The translations under genes and the position numbers were made by a program. Shown piece by piece: positions 36,963 through 48,228 of a stretch of DNA of 64,000 bases. The stretch spans positions 6,138,001 through 6,202,000 of the forward strand of contig CM114271.1 of NCBI GenBank assembly GCA_050084515.1. The letters run 5' to 3'. The DNA comes from Blasia pusilla (taxonomy: Eukaryota). Position 1 is the first letter of the stretch. The number at the start of each line of letters is the position of its first letter. The notes below the pieces were generated by a model. The model did no database searches and was not told the origin of the DNA. It saw only the letters and a program-made list of their open reading frames with translations.

Positions 36963-38751
36963 TCATGTAGTGGAGAATCTGTGGATCATGATGTGTTTGT
37001 AAACCTGTCCCGGTTCCACAATCATGGTCGGAAATTTGGGCTCATTCACTGCATTGGGGAAGCCTTGAGTTTCCAAGCAGAAGGCACCATGCTTCTTATA
37101 CTCCTTGCCTTCTTTCCCCACGATGACAGAATCAGCGTTGCTGGTGTAAAACTGCATCCCCGCTGCATTCGTCAACAATTCCATCACCCGTCCAGAAGAA
37201 GGATCCACAACTCGCGCTGCTGTTCTCACACCATCAGCGTCTTCCTCATCATTGGCATCCAGCGCGTAGTTGTGGTCATAACCGATGCCTGGAACCTGCG
37301 CCATTCGAGATCCGATCGGAGATTCTTGAAGGAAGTCGAAGGGGGTACCTCGAACTGAGAGGATCTCCCCAGTTGGGATGCAGGCGGCATCGACAGGAGT
37401 GTAGGCAGAAGCCCGGATTTGGATGAGGTGTCCGAGAATGTCACCACTTCCATGGCCACCCAGGTTCCAATAAGCGTGGTTTGCGAGGCTGACTGGTGTG
37501 GCTTTTCTTCCTGGCTTCGTCACCATTTCCGTCCTCAGCTCAAGATCGTCCGTCAGCGTGTATGTGACAATTACTTCCAGATCTCCAGGAAATCCTGCCA
37601 ACAGACGAAGACAATGAGAAGATTAATCTCTCCCTCCAGTCGCACCAACTCCCCTGGAAAACACGCTCAAATCCGAATTACAGCATCGAAAAGACCACCA
37701 CATGATTCCCTAAGACTCTCTTCAAGACTCGGTAAGTAGATATGGTTCCCAGCCTTCTCGGATGCAAGAGTGAGGTTTTGAGAGCGATGTAAAGGGTACG
37801 ATCTCGTCAAAACCGACCTTCTTCACCATCGTAGCTGTTGTAGGTGAACTGTACAGAAGGTCCTTTCTCGTTGTTCAACTCCTGGGATTGCCAAAGGACC
37901 TTATCGAACCCAACCAACCCTCCTGTCAATCATTCGCAAACGTCCACTGACATGCATGAGACGCGGGACAGGGCTGTAGCAGAGGACTGGCAGATGATCA
38001 AGAGCAGGTAAAATGATAGGGTAGTTTTCTGTGAGAGAACGAGCGCTCATACCATGAAGAGTGTTGGGTCCATCGTTAGCAGCTAGCTTGTAGACTTTGC
38101 CATTCAAGGAGAATGAGGCACCTGCAATTCGGTTGGCCACTCGCCCTACAATGGCCCCGTAGTATGCGAAATGGCCATGCTGCGTCGACCGTGTAGAAGC
38201 ACGCAGTCAGTCAGTCTTGCATATCGCAGGTCGTTCGGCTCCACAAATTTAGCGCCTACTGCTTATTTGAAAGTCTCACTCTTGGAAACTTCTCATCAAC
38301 ACTCCTACAAATCCATGTCAGGAAACGACGAGACATCTATCAAGAGTTTCAAAATGCCCCGTGCGAAATCGAGAGCTTTGTCCCTGGCTACCGAGTGAGC
38401 AGCGTGGTGTTTACCATGTAGGAGGCGGGGCTTTCAAAACCGAGCAGAACGTCCTCAACCTTCCCTGCAGAGATTGGCACCCATGACTCCTCAGAAACAA
38501 CAGCAACAGGATTGCTATAATTACGTGCAGTGAAATCCTCACTCTACTCGATCGAACCTCAAGGTACTCTGTGCTTGCAATTGATTGCTGATCGGAGGAA
38601 GTAAACGAGAGCTACCTCTGGAGTCCGGGACCTTCAACGACATTATAGTCGCCCCCCATTCCGTGATCTTTGCCTCAATCTGACCTCGCTTCAAAGTGTA
38701 CACCTTCGGGCCATCCGCTCCCTCCACTCTCACGTGCCTACTCTCGTCCAT
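36963..38751 (-). CDS. GALM: Aldose 1-epimerase (galactose mutarotase); 5 exons approx. 38751-38616, 38464-38415, 38179-38053, 37923-37818, 37594-36963
   Basis: [90 protein letters not shown] boundaries keep the frame. Confidence 0.96.
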
Positions 38752-39952
38752 CTTCACCGCCGCCGACGGACTCAGCACCAATCCTGCGCAACAGATCGGT
38801 GATAGGTTTCACAGCCGTCAGTCTCCCCTTTGCCTCACCTTCGCTTCCGCAGAGACGAGTGAGACGAGTGCGCAGAGCGATGGAGAAGAGGAAATTGGCA
38901 GACTGATCAAAGAATCTATTCTCAACTCTGGCCGTCCGTAGCCGTCCTACGAGCTCCGCGGTGAGTGATAATGCCACCCTCTCTCCAGACTGCAGTTCGT
39001 TTTTTGCGATTAATAGTACTCACTCTCATGGCCCGAACGAGCGTCTCGTCCTGATGCCAGACTACTTTAAGACGCCGAGCGAATGCGGCATCGACACTCG
39101 GCCCAAATCTGACCTTCCCGATGGCAGATCTAAAATTGCCCTGTGCTTTTGGATGCAGATAACGTGTGAAATTTCTCGAGATGTGGAGCGCACATACAGT
39201 AGACACACAATTTTCAAGGCGCCGGTCTTGACGTTTGCGTCTCGGAATTGGGCTTGAGCTAAGGAGTGAGGTCACGAGAAGAAATTCTCATGTACGCTGT
39301 CCTCAATCTACGGGAAGTCGGTGGAGGACAGAGAACGAGGACGCTTGTTCCACCGATTCCGACTCGGGCGGCTGTTGCGGATCGGCATGCCCTCCGCGTA
39401 GAGAGCAAGCGCTTTGGGTTTCTTTCTCTGCAAATTTTCCAGCAGTGCCGCGACTCCACCGTCTCTCCTCTTCGGCTGTGGAGCGTACTGGAGAGCGCGT
39501 ACTGCGGGGGAAAGATGCGAAGGATGCTAACATTGTACAGATCGTCTCGCTGTTCTCCCCGCGGATGATGTGCGAAGACAAAGCCGGCGCAGCGCGCAAG
39601 AATTTCGAAATGGAAATCACGTGTCCGATGGACCCTCAACTGCTGAGACCTGTAGCAATCCTGACGAGCTTCTCGACGCGCATTGTCATCAGAATTCCGC
39701 GCAGCTCTTCCGGACACTGCGGTCATGCGTTTCCTCATCTCCGATTACTGCGGCTCCCGTGCGTCCCTGAAAAATGCGACCGCCACCGGGAGCGACGAAT
39801 CTATCGCTCTTTCAGAAATTGCACTTTCCGATGTAACGGGGGGAGATGACCAGAGGCTCGACCGCCAAGCGCTACCAGAGCTTCGCAGCGAGAGCATTTC
39901 CAATTGCTTGCGAGATCGTGGTGCAACCAGCCCTCATGCACTTAGTCGGTTA

Positions 39953-39955
<3 letters not shown>

Positions 39956-39990
<35 letters not shown>
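39956..39990. repeat. (CT)n microsatellite
   Basis: Read directly from the sequence. Confidence 0.97.
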
Positions 39991-39994
<4 letters not shown>

Positions 39995-42526
39995 CCAGTC
40001 TTGGATCTACAACTTCGTCGTCAGACACAAGCTTTGCAGTGGGAGCATTGTTCGTTGCTTCCGAGATTGTACAGCAAACCCAGTATGCAACAGCGAGCCT
40101 TGATGCACCGGCACTAGACCCTACATGTTTTACTCATTCATAATCCTGTCTCTTGAAATGTGAGGCATTCAACAAAGGTCGGTCGTCGTGAGCGTTCGTC
40201 GCCTTCGCCTTCCCTTCGTTTCCGATGAGCAAAATCCTCATCTGATCTTCACCATCTCCGAGAGCTCGACCTTTCCCGAGCTTAAATGACTTCCAAGAGA
40301 CATCCAGTGTGCGAGCTTAGTCAAAATCTTCACTCACTCTCGAAACACAGAGCCTTCCAACGCCTGATCGATCGCCAGTTGGAACCGAAACAAGGAGAGA
40401 AGCCTTTCTTTGACTAGCACTGACGGAGATTTGATTCAGCAACTTTCTGATCCTGAGACGGCACCGACTCCAAGAAGACTCCTGCACAGATCACATTGTC
40501 CAGGCCCATCAACAAAACGTTAACGGATCTCATCCACCTCTCCCTTACGCCAGTCAGTCCTCAACGCCAACGCTGCTAGACGAGAATCGCAACACGCTTT
40601 TCATCAGTTTGCGCGCATCTAATTCGGGATACCGAACGCGGCCTTTCACCAAACAAAGACGAATTTCAACGACAGCTCTGCTCATCGGCAAGGAAAGAAA
40701 GACCCCTCCACAACAGGCTCTTCAGGAAGTTTCCGCCACCGCTTCACTCGCTCGATGAGCACGGCGAGCTGCCGCACATACCATCCTCGAGAAATTGACA
40801 GGCTCATTTCCTTCCCATCCTCACCTCGCGTCCTGAAACCGACCGTTCCCAAGAGCGCCTCCGATCGCACCGATTCTCGATCATCCTCAAAACGTGGGTC
40901 GCCGAGAACACGACTGGCAAACTGTAGGAGCTCATCGTGTGATGAGAGCCGAGCGTCGTCTCCGGCACTCCTCACTCCATCGCCTGCAGCTCTGGAGTCT
41001 GGAGTCCTATCCGTCACAAGTTCTCACAACACGTCCCTTTCCCACGGTTCCGTCACTGGTCCGGGCCCCAGGGAGCTGACAAGTGTGGTCTTCCCTGCTG
41101 TGTAGGGGTACTAGGGGCTCACCGCTGCCTTGCTTGCTTTCGTGTCCTGCGGCCCCTGCCTAACCCCAGCCTCATTAAGGCCGGGGTTAGGCCTTAATTA
41201 ATGAGGCGATCAGGGCCGGGTTTCTGGCTCTCTATGCCCTCCTCTTTTGCATTAAGCGTTTTTATTGAAGTTCATTATTACTGTATTAATGACCCGATGC
41301 CCTAGAAAGAATACCGTGGTCGTCTACTCGCAGGACTCGCTTAGGGTCCTCTAGGAATGCCAACGTGTCTGATGGGATGGGGCCACGGTTTTAAAACAAG
41401 TAGCTACTTTACTATAGGGAGGAATTTTTTTTGGAAGTGCTTCCATAAGAAGTGAAGGCAATGTTTGGCAATAGGTTTGTATGGGAGTTACTTTAAGTAG
41501 GGAAATACCTCTATAAATATTAGGTGCCTTCAATTTTTGTGGCCAAAGTGGGACCTGAGTAAGTGGCGATGCAAGTGTAACATTGGAGGTTATCCACCTT
41601 CATGTGGTGAGATAAGGCGAATCTGGCATGTTCTGGTGAGATAAGGCGAATCTGGCATGTAGTAGGAAAATTGGTAGTAAATATGCTAGTGAAACTCCGG
41701 GCTTTACACTCCGATCGAGATCTGGAAGTGACTTACTGAATTGCTAGGAGGAGCTAGAGGCGGTTGGAGGTGTGAACGGGAGGTTGCTGCTATAAATCAC
41801 GTTGGAGTTGTTGGTGGGTAAATCTCGTATGAAGATTTGATGTCCTCCGGGTACTCTCGAATTACTTGATCCGAGTCTTTTTGTGCGAGCTTGGAAACAG
41901 ATGCATAGTGTTGAGAGGCAAGGCTTTCCATCACTCGGAGAACCCATCTTGCAACAAGTTCATAGCAGTTCATTAGATGAGTTTTTATGCCCTTCACTTG
42001 CGTGAGTATCAAGGCTTATGTAAGGTCAATGATGTAGCCGATGGAATGTCCTAAATCAGCAGGATCGCATTGGAATTCACCTGCTCCACAGTGTCCGCCT
42101 GATGCATCTTCATTGCACACACTGCATTCTACGTGTCCATTTCTACTCACTTTGCACCTTCAATTCCTCCTCCGAGGCCCTCCCTCTTCTCCATCTCAAC
42201 CTTGGGCACGGGCACAGTTCGTGCGTTTTAATACCTAGAGAAGATATGTATTTCCTTTCGCTTTCGCTTCTCACAATCTCGTTGATGGCGATGAATAAGC
42301 CAATTTCATCCGGTATCCATATGTGGATCACTCGGTCTTCAAATAGGAAGGTCAATTCTCCAAGGTTTCTCAAGTCCAATGGAGTTAGGGTTCAATGGCG
42401 ATGAAGATGCTAGAAGTTGCACAGGGATTTCAACTTGCTTCATGCACAACAAGGTTGACATATAACACCAAGATTAGTAGTCCAAAGATGTGAGTCTATA
42501 GGAATCCCTCCAAACTTCACCTCCCA

Positions 42527-42568
42527 GCCCGTGCTATGCCTCTGCATAGCACGGGCGTTCTTACTAGT
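42527..42568 (+). mobile_element. Helitron 3' terminus (5' end not located)
   Basis: Perfect 13-bp stem gcccgtgctatgc-ctct-gcatagcacgggc, then 7 nt, then CTAG followed by T. Confidence 0.75.
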
Positions 42569-43665
42569 ATGTATATAATGAAAATTTCCTTTCATCTTGA
42601 AAATTTTTTTTCCAAAATGAAAGGATTTTTTTTAAAATCGTTGATATTACTATATATTAATTTAAAATGATAATTTTATATCATATATTTTAATTCTGAT
42701 AGATAATTTTAAATTCGTATATTGCTTGGATTAACATCACACTAGTTTTTTTATATGCTAGGCATGCATAGTTGGACATTTTTTTCAAAATCTAACATTT
42801 AAATGCAATGACTATATAAGTCAAATAGGAGGCTGAAAATTTCTTTCATAAATTTTATTGATTAGATGCGTACAAATTCAAAGAAAAATATAGCACAAGT
42901 AAGTAATTTTATGCCCATACTAAGAGTTGGATTGGAGTTTTTTTTACCTTAAAAAGATATATGGTGCTCATAAAATTTTGAAATTAATAAAAAATATACG
43001 TAAATTTAATTTTTAAGTAAATAAGTTTTAAAATAAATTAATTAATATGATGAGTTACCATAAAAAAATAAGAAATATTTAATGACAAACTTACATTCAT
43101 TAAGTTTGAATACAAATCATAAAATTTGACTGAAGGTTGAGTCTCTTAATGATAGCATCTAACACTAACTAATGTCAAATTTGAAAGATATATGCAACAT
43201 TTCTAATTTTGCAAGGGAAAGATGTTACTCATAGAGAGTTTTATGTTTCTTAAACCCTAATTCAAATAATAGTATAAATAATTTTAGTAAATGGTGACAG
43301 GCCAGAAATTTTTTTTTGGAATGTTTGCATAGCATGATTGGCTACTTCTATGAATGGTACGGATTGTACACTAGTTATAACAAATTGAGACCTAAAAAAT
43401 CTAAGCATGAGGGTGTAAAATTATAAACTAATCCATGATCGTGGTGAAGATGGTTTCTCATGGAAGCGAGCCTTAAAGGGATTGATTAGAAAATACAACC
43501 AATTTAAATGTGTGTAGCAGTGGATTGTGCAGCAAAAATACCAAGATTTGTATGGATAGGCGTGAAGATGGCCGTTTGTGGGACAGAGTCCTAAATGTAT
43601 GTGCTTAACTACTTAGGCGGTCAATGAGGGTTTGGTGCACTTATTAAGGAGAGGAAATGGATGAC

Positions 43666-45090
43666 TAGGGTGTGTCACAAGGGGTACCATTCGTGACACA
43701 CCCTCGTTATCCATCTCAAGCTTGAGTGTGCCACTAAGGGTGAACTAGCCATTTAGTGGAACTCCTACTCCTTCTTGATAGTGTGCTACTGGCACACTCC
43801 TTGTCGTGCGCCTACTCTCCTTGAACGTTAATCTTTGTTGTTGCGGAAGCATGGGTTCAATAGGTCACGCTCTCAACGCTGATCTGCATCCAAACACGCA
43901 CTCTGGTTAGTCGGGTCTGGATCAATCAGCGGGCTAACTTTCCGAGTTCTTGTCTCGGTCTCTCATCAAGCTCAACCTTCCTTGTTTTGCAGTTTATAAC
44001 ACAGGCAAGTCTCGAAAGACTTGGGACAGACTTTCCGGTCGGTTCAGGAACCTCAAACAACATTTCGTGTCTGGCGGTTCCAACTGTCCGATGGACATTC
44101 AATGTGTCCCTAACCGAGACTCACACAAAATGAATCACGGGTCGCAATCCAAGTCTGGCGTACAAAGTCCACTCCCTTGGATCAAGTTTGGGTTTCGAGT
44201 TCCAACGCCAAACTCCCGTTCCATCCCGTGCCCTTGAGACGCCGTTTGGTGCTCAAAGTGGGGATGGGTGTTCCAAGACTTCTTGGAGAGACTCCTCCCT
44301 TACTAGTACTTCTGGGGATCTCAGGGGTTCCCTTCTTTTAGGGAAAGACACCCGAGCCTCTCCAATTGGCCCTCAATCCGATTGCTCTCACAATTGTTTT
44401 CGGCCAATATCTCAGTCTGTATTTATGCATTTTCTGAGATATTTAGTGCATTGGAAGCGTCTCAAGATAAGATTTCCAACGCACCCTTATTTGTCCTAAA
44501 TGCATCTTGAGGCTAAACGTTATGGTCCAAAACATAGTCAAATTCCCCAAACGCTAGTCATGTTCCAAAACTGGTTCTCACCTCTTTGGCAACCAACCTT
44601 CCAAGACTGAACTCATCTCAAGTCTTGGCTCGCGTTTGGTCTAGGTTTCCTAATCGCGACCACCAAGGCATGAAACACACAACTATGTTCCGTGTTTCGT
44701 CTCTTGGACTTTTCCAAGAGACCTTTCCAAAAGCCTCTCCAAAGCGCGATCATCGCAACGCAAGTCCACTTGAGTTTTGATGTTCCATTTGGCGCCTTTT
44801 TGGTATTTGTTTGGTTGTGAGGGTCGCGAAAATCCTAGAGTGTCAAGAAGAAGTAGGAGTTCCATAGCAAAATCCCATGCTTTCTTTAGATCAAGGAGGC
44901 TAGGTTCAACAAAACTAGTAGCTTGGGTCTTTCACACCCATTTCCTTATTTCAAACATGCACATGATTTCCTTACAAAGCTTGTAGCACCTTGATAGGTA
45001 CCTCTGCTGTTATCCTATCGGGCCATACCCCATTTTGATGACTATACGCCTACTTGGAGCACCAATAGGCTCCCCATGTGACACACCCTA
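43666..45090. mobile_element. TIR element (MITE-like, TAGGG ends) carrying a nested solo LTR
   Basis: TIRs tagggtgtgtcacaagggg / ccccatgtgacacacccta (18 of 19 match); no TSD recognised. Confidence 0.6.
43802..44831 (+). mobile_element. Solo LTR (~1 kb), family X
   Basis: TGTCGTGCGCC...GGTCGCGAAA, near-TSD ctcct/atcct, and full-length homology to 23716-24734. Confidence 0.82.
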
Positions 45091-47422
45091 ATCTATATTA
45101 CTATGGGAGACGAAATTCTTGATTTGCAAACACCTCTTTGATTGACGCATACAAGGGGGGCAACAAAAGTTTTACTTGGTAATAAGAGCAACAAGATCTT
45201 TTTGCAATTTTTAATCACAATCACTCTTGTACATAGCATGATCTATACACCAGTACATACTAGGATGAAGTTTGGTATGCATAATAAAGAGAGGAGATAG
45301 ATTAGTATATATTAACAATGCCCACTAAGAGTTTGATGTCAGGATTAGGAAGATGAGATGGATTGATATATACCAGTAAGAAATATTTTCACGTGCACCA
45401 ATGTCCCTTTAATACACTTGTTTGTTGCATTGTTGTTCCATTAGAACATGTTAGTTAAGTTTTTAGAATGGCATGTGTTTTCTATTTTAAGGATAATTTA
45501 AGAAGTTTTATTCTATTTTTTCCATTTAAGGAATTAATCTAGAGGCTAGGAAAGACAAGAGACAAGATTAGACTTAAGAGATTTACTTATTTTACAATGT
45601 TCTTTCCATAATATGTAACCTTCTTTCTATCAAATTTAAAATAGACGAGACAATCACATGTAACTTAAGAATCCGCCTTATTTCCTTTCCATAATTTATG
45701 ATATAACACGTCATGTTCCTGAAGAATTATTCTAAAAAATGTTAGCTTTGTAAAAAATAAGAGATATCTCATCAATCAATTGTGAAGCTTCACTTGTTTT
45801 AGAATGTTCTTTCAAGATTAAATAATCTAATTTCATTCATCGATATGATAAAATATAGTTGGCATTATTAAGTGCTCCATTCATCGATGCTAAGCACTTA
45901 TTGATTTTTCAAGTCTTTTATAACAAATCGACAAGTATGTGTAGGGTGGCTTCAAGGAGAGCGGAGGATATCCTCAAGATGTTGAAGATGACATGTTGAT
46001 GCATGGGGTAACCTAAGAGAAAGCAAGTTTTCTCTTTGTTTTGGCTCATTTGGAGCCATATAGAGGAACGTGCTATTTCAGATAAGTTCCAAATTTGATG
46101 ATAATTGACTTTGCATTTGGGGAGTGGCCCTTGAATCCTTAATCCCCTATTGCACGTCAAAAGCCAAGGACGTAACTTATGAGCACATGTTACCATGGAG
46201 AGAGTTTGGGGAGAGGGCTCAGATGGACGAGATATACCTAAGGGAGAGACCTTTGGAACTTATTCTCTTTTTGTTGAACCTCTTGGCATGAGGCGATGGG
46301 GCTATCATCTATGGTCCTCCTTGCCTTTTGAGTAATTGAAGCCTCTCATTATGAGGGTGGATTTTGTTTGACAGTGAGATAGAGAGATGGAGATTGAGTG
46401 CTCTTGATTGGAGATATTTTGGTATATCATCGTCTTAGTGTTCAGATGCCATGAATGAGTATGGTTTCTTGTGTTTATGTGCTTGTACTTAGTTATAAAA
46501 ATGTATATTACACACTACATGTGACAAGAGAATTATCATGATTGCATCATTCCTTGGAGATGAGGTAAATAGGGATCAAGTGAGCAAGGTCACCATTTAG
46601 TTGACAAGCATTTCTTGATGGCATGGAGTGTGGCCACATTGAGACATGTCAAAGTAGGCCAAGGTAGCCACATTTTCATCCTTCTACACCATACTGATTG
46701 GATGGTGCATTCTAGAAGAGGTTGTGATAGTGTTGGACATCTTCCATGCCACTTGAAGATTCTCGAGTGGCATGGAGTATTGCATCTCTTCTAAGAAATC
46801 AAAATTCGTTTGGCATATTCTAGATATTATGTATTATGCCTATAGTATACTATAGGCAAGTCTTTGTGTTCAAGATTTATCATACAAGGAGCATAATGGG
46901 ACTGTGTGAAAAGTCCCAATTCAACGTAAAGCACAGTTCAGGCTATAATATCGTGATCTCTTACCGACATCAATCATATAGGACTACCAAAGTTTCTTGG
47001 TGAAGGGCTTCTTATTGTTGGGGATATAGGAATTAAATCAAATGGATGTCATTTACTTGGTCTTTGGAGGTTGGCCTTGTAAAGGACAGTCAAGTGCTAA
47101 GACAAGGAGAGATTGTGAGGATCTTACGATATATGTAAGAGCACAACTCTTGTTCTCCAATGAAAAATTTGGTGAATGTGCCATTTTTGGATGACTCTTG
47201 GGCACAAGTGATGACAAACTTATACTAGGTTTGTGCATGGATCGAATTGGGAGTGTTCTTGGATGTGGTAAGTATAGGTTCATGTGTATAATGTCAACAC
47301 GTCTTGTGGATGAACTTGATGCCACACAAGGCGTTGAGAAGGGCATATGTTAGAGTAGAGTGACCTTCCTAGCTGTAGATGGATTCTTTTTTTGGTTGTG
47401 GATATCGATCATAGGCAGTGAG

Positions 47423-47735
47423 CAAGGCTGCATATGGATAAAGTCCAAGTCCATGGACTTACATCCGTCTTATGGAAGGACTTTTCCATGTAGGCCTCAC
47501 CTTCCCCTTCTTTCTCATTCTCCCCACTTGCATTTGTCTTCCATATTCACCCGTTTTTTCCTCCCTCCACCTCCACTCCATCCTCCCTTATTGCCCCACT
47601 TGCCCTTGCCCTACCTTCCATCATGAACTATTTAGTGTGGTTCCCACCTTTTGCAATTCATGTCGATGGATATATCCAAACTTGTCCGTCCATGTCCGTC
47701 CTAGGGAAGGACTTGTCTATATTTGTGCAACCATG
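47423..47735 (+). mobile_element. hAT-type MITE, same family as 23706-25058
   Basis: TIRs caaggctgca / tgcaaccatg; flanks gcagtgag / gcactgag. Confidence 0.82.
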
Positions 47736-47743
47736 GCACTGAG

Positions 47744-48228
47744 CAAGGTTGCACACGGACAAAGTCCGCGTCCACGGACTTATGTCTGTCCTATGGACAA
47801 GCATGTTAGTGCAAGCTTAGGTACCCGAGGCTCACACCCTAGCCCGTATCTAAGCCCATACCCGAGCCTGCCCGGAGCCCGCATAGGACCCGCACGAGGC
47901 CCGCAAGGCGGGCTTTGGGATTGCAAATTTTGGTTTGGTGGACCATAGTTTGGTTAGCTGGACCAAAAGCTTGTCCGCTGGACCAAATTTTGCGGCCCAA
48001 ATCCGGCCTTGCAAGCCTGGTGCAGGCCTTGAGTTCGTCATGCAAGCTACGGGCGGGCCTAGAGCCCGCACCTAGCTCATCGTGCGGGCCTCGAGCCTGC
48101 CCCATGCCCCAAAGCGGCACCGCAACTGGGCTGCGGGCCATGCAACAGGTGTGGGCTCTAGGTGGGTTCGGGTGGGGGCGGGCATATCCGTCGATATATC
48201 TGTACTTGTCCGTTTCCGTGCAACCTTG
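47744..48228 (+). mobile_element. Second hAT-type MITE with a GC-rich interior and the same TIRs
   Basis: TIRs caaggttgcac / gtgcaaccttg; flanks gcactgag / gtagtgag. Confidence 0.82.
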
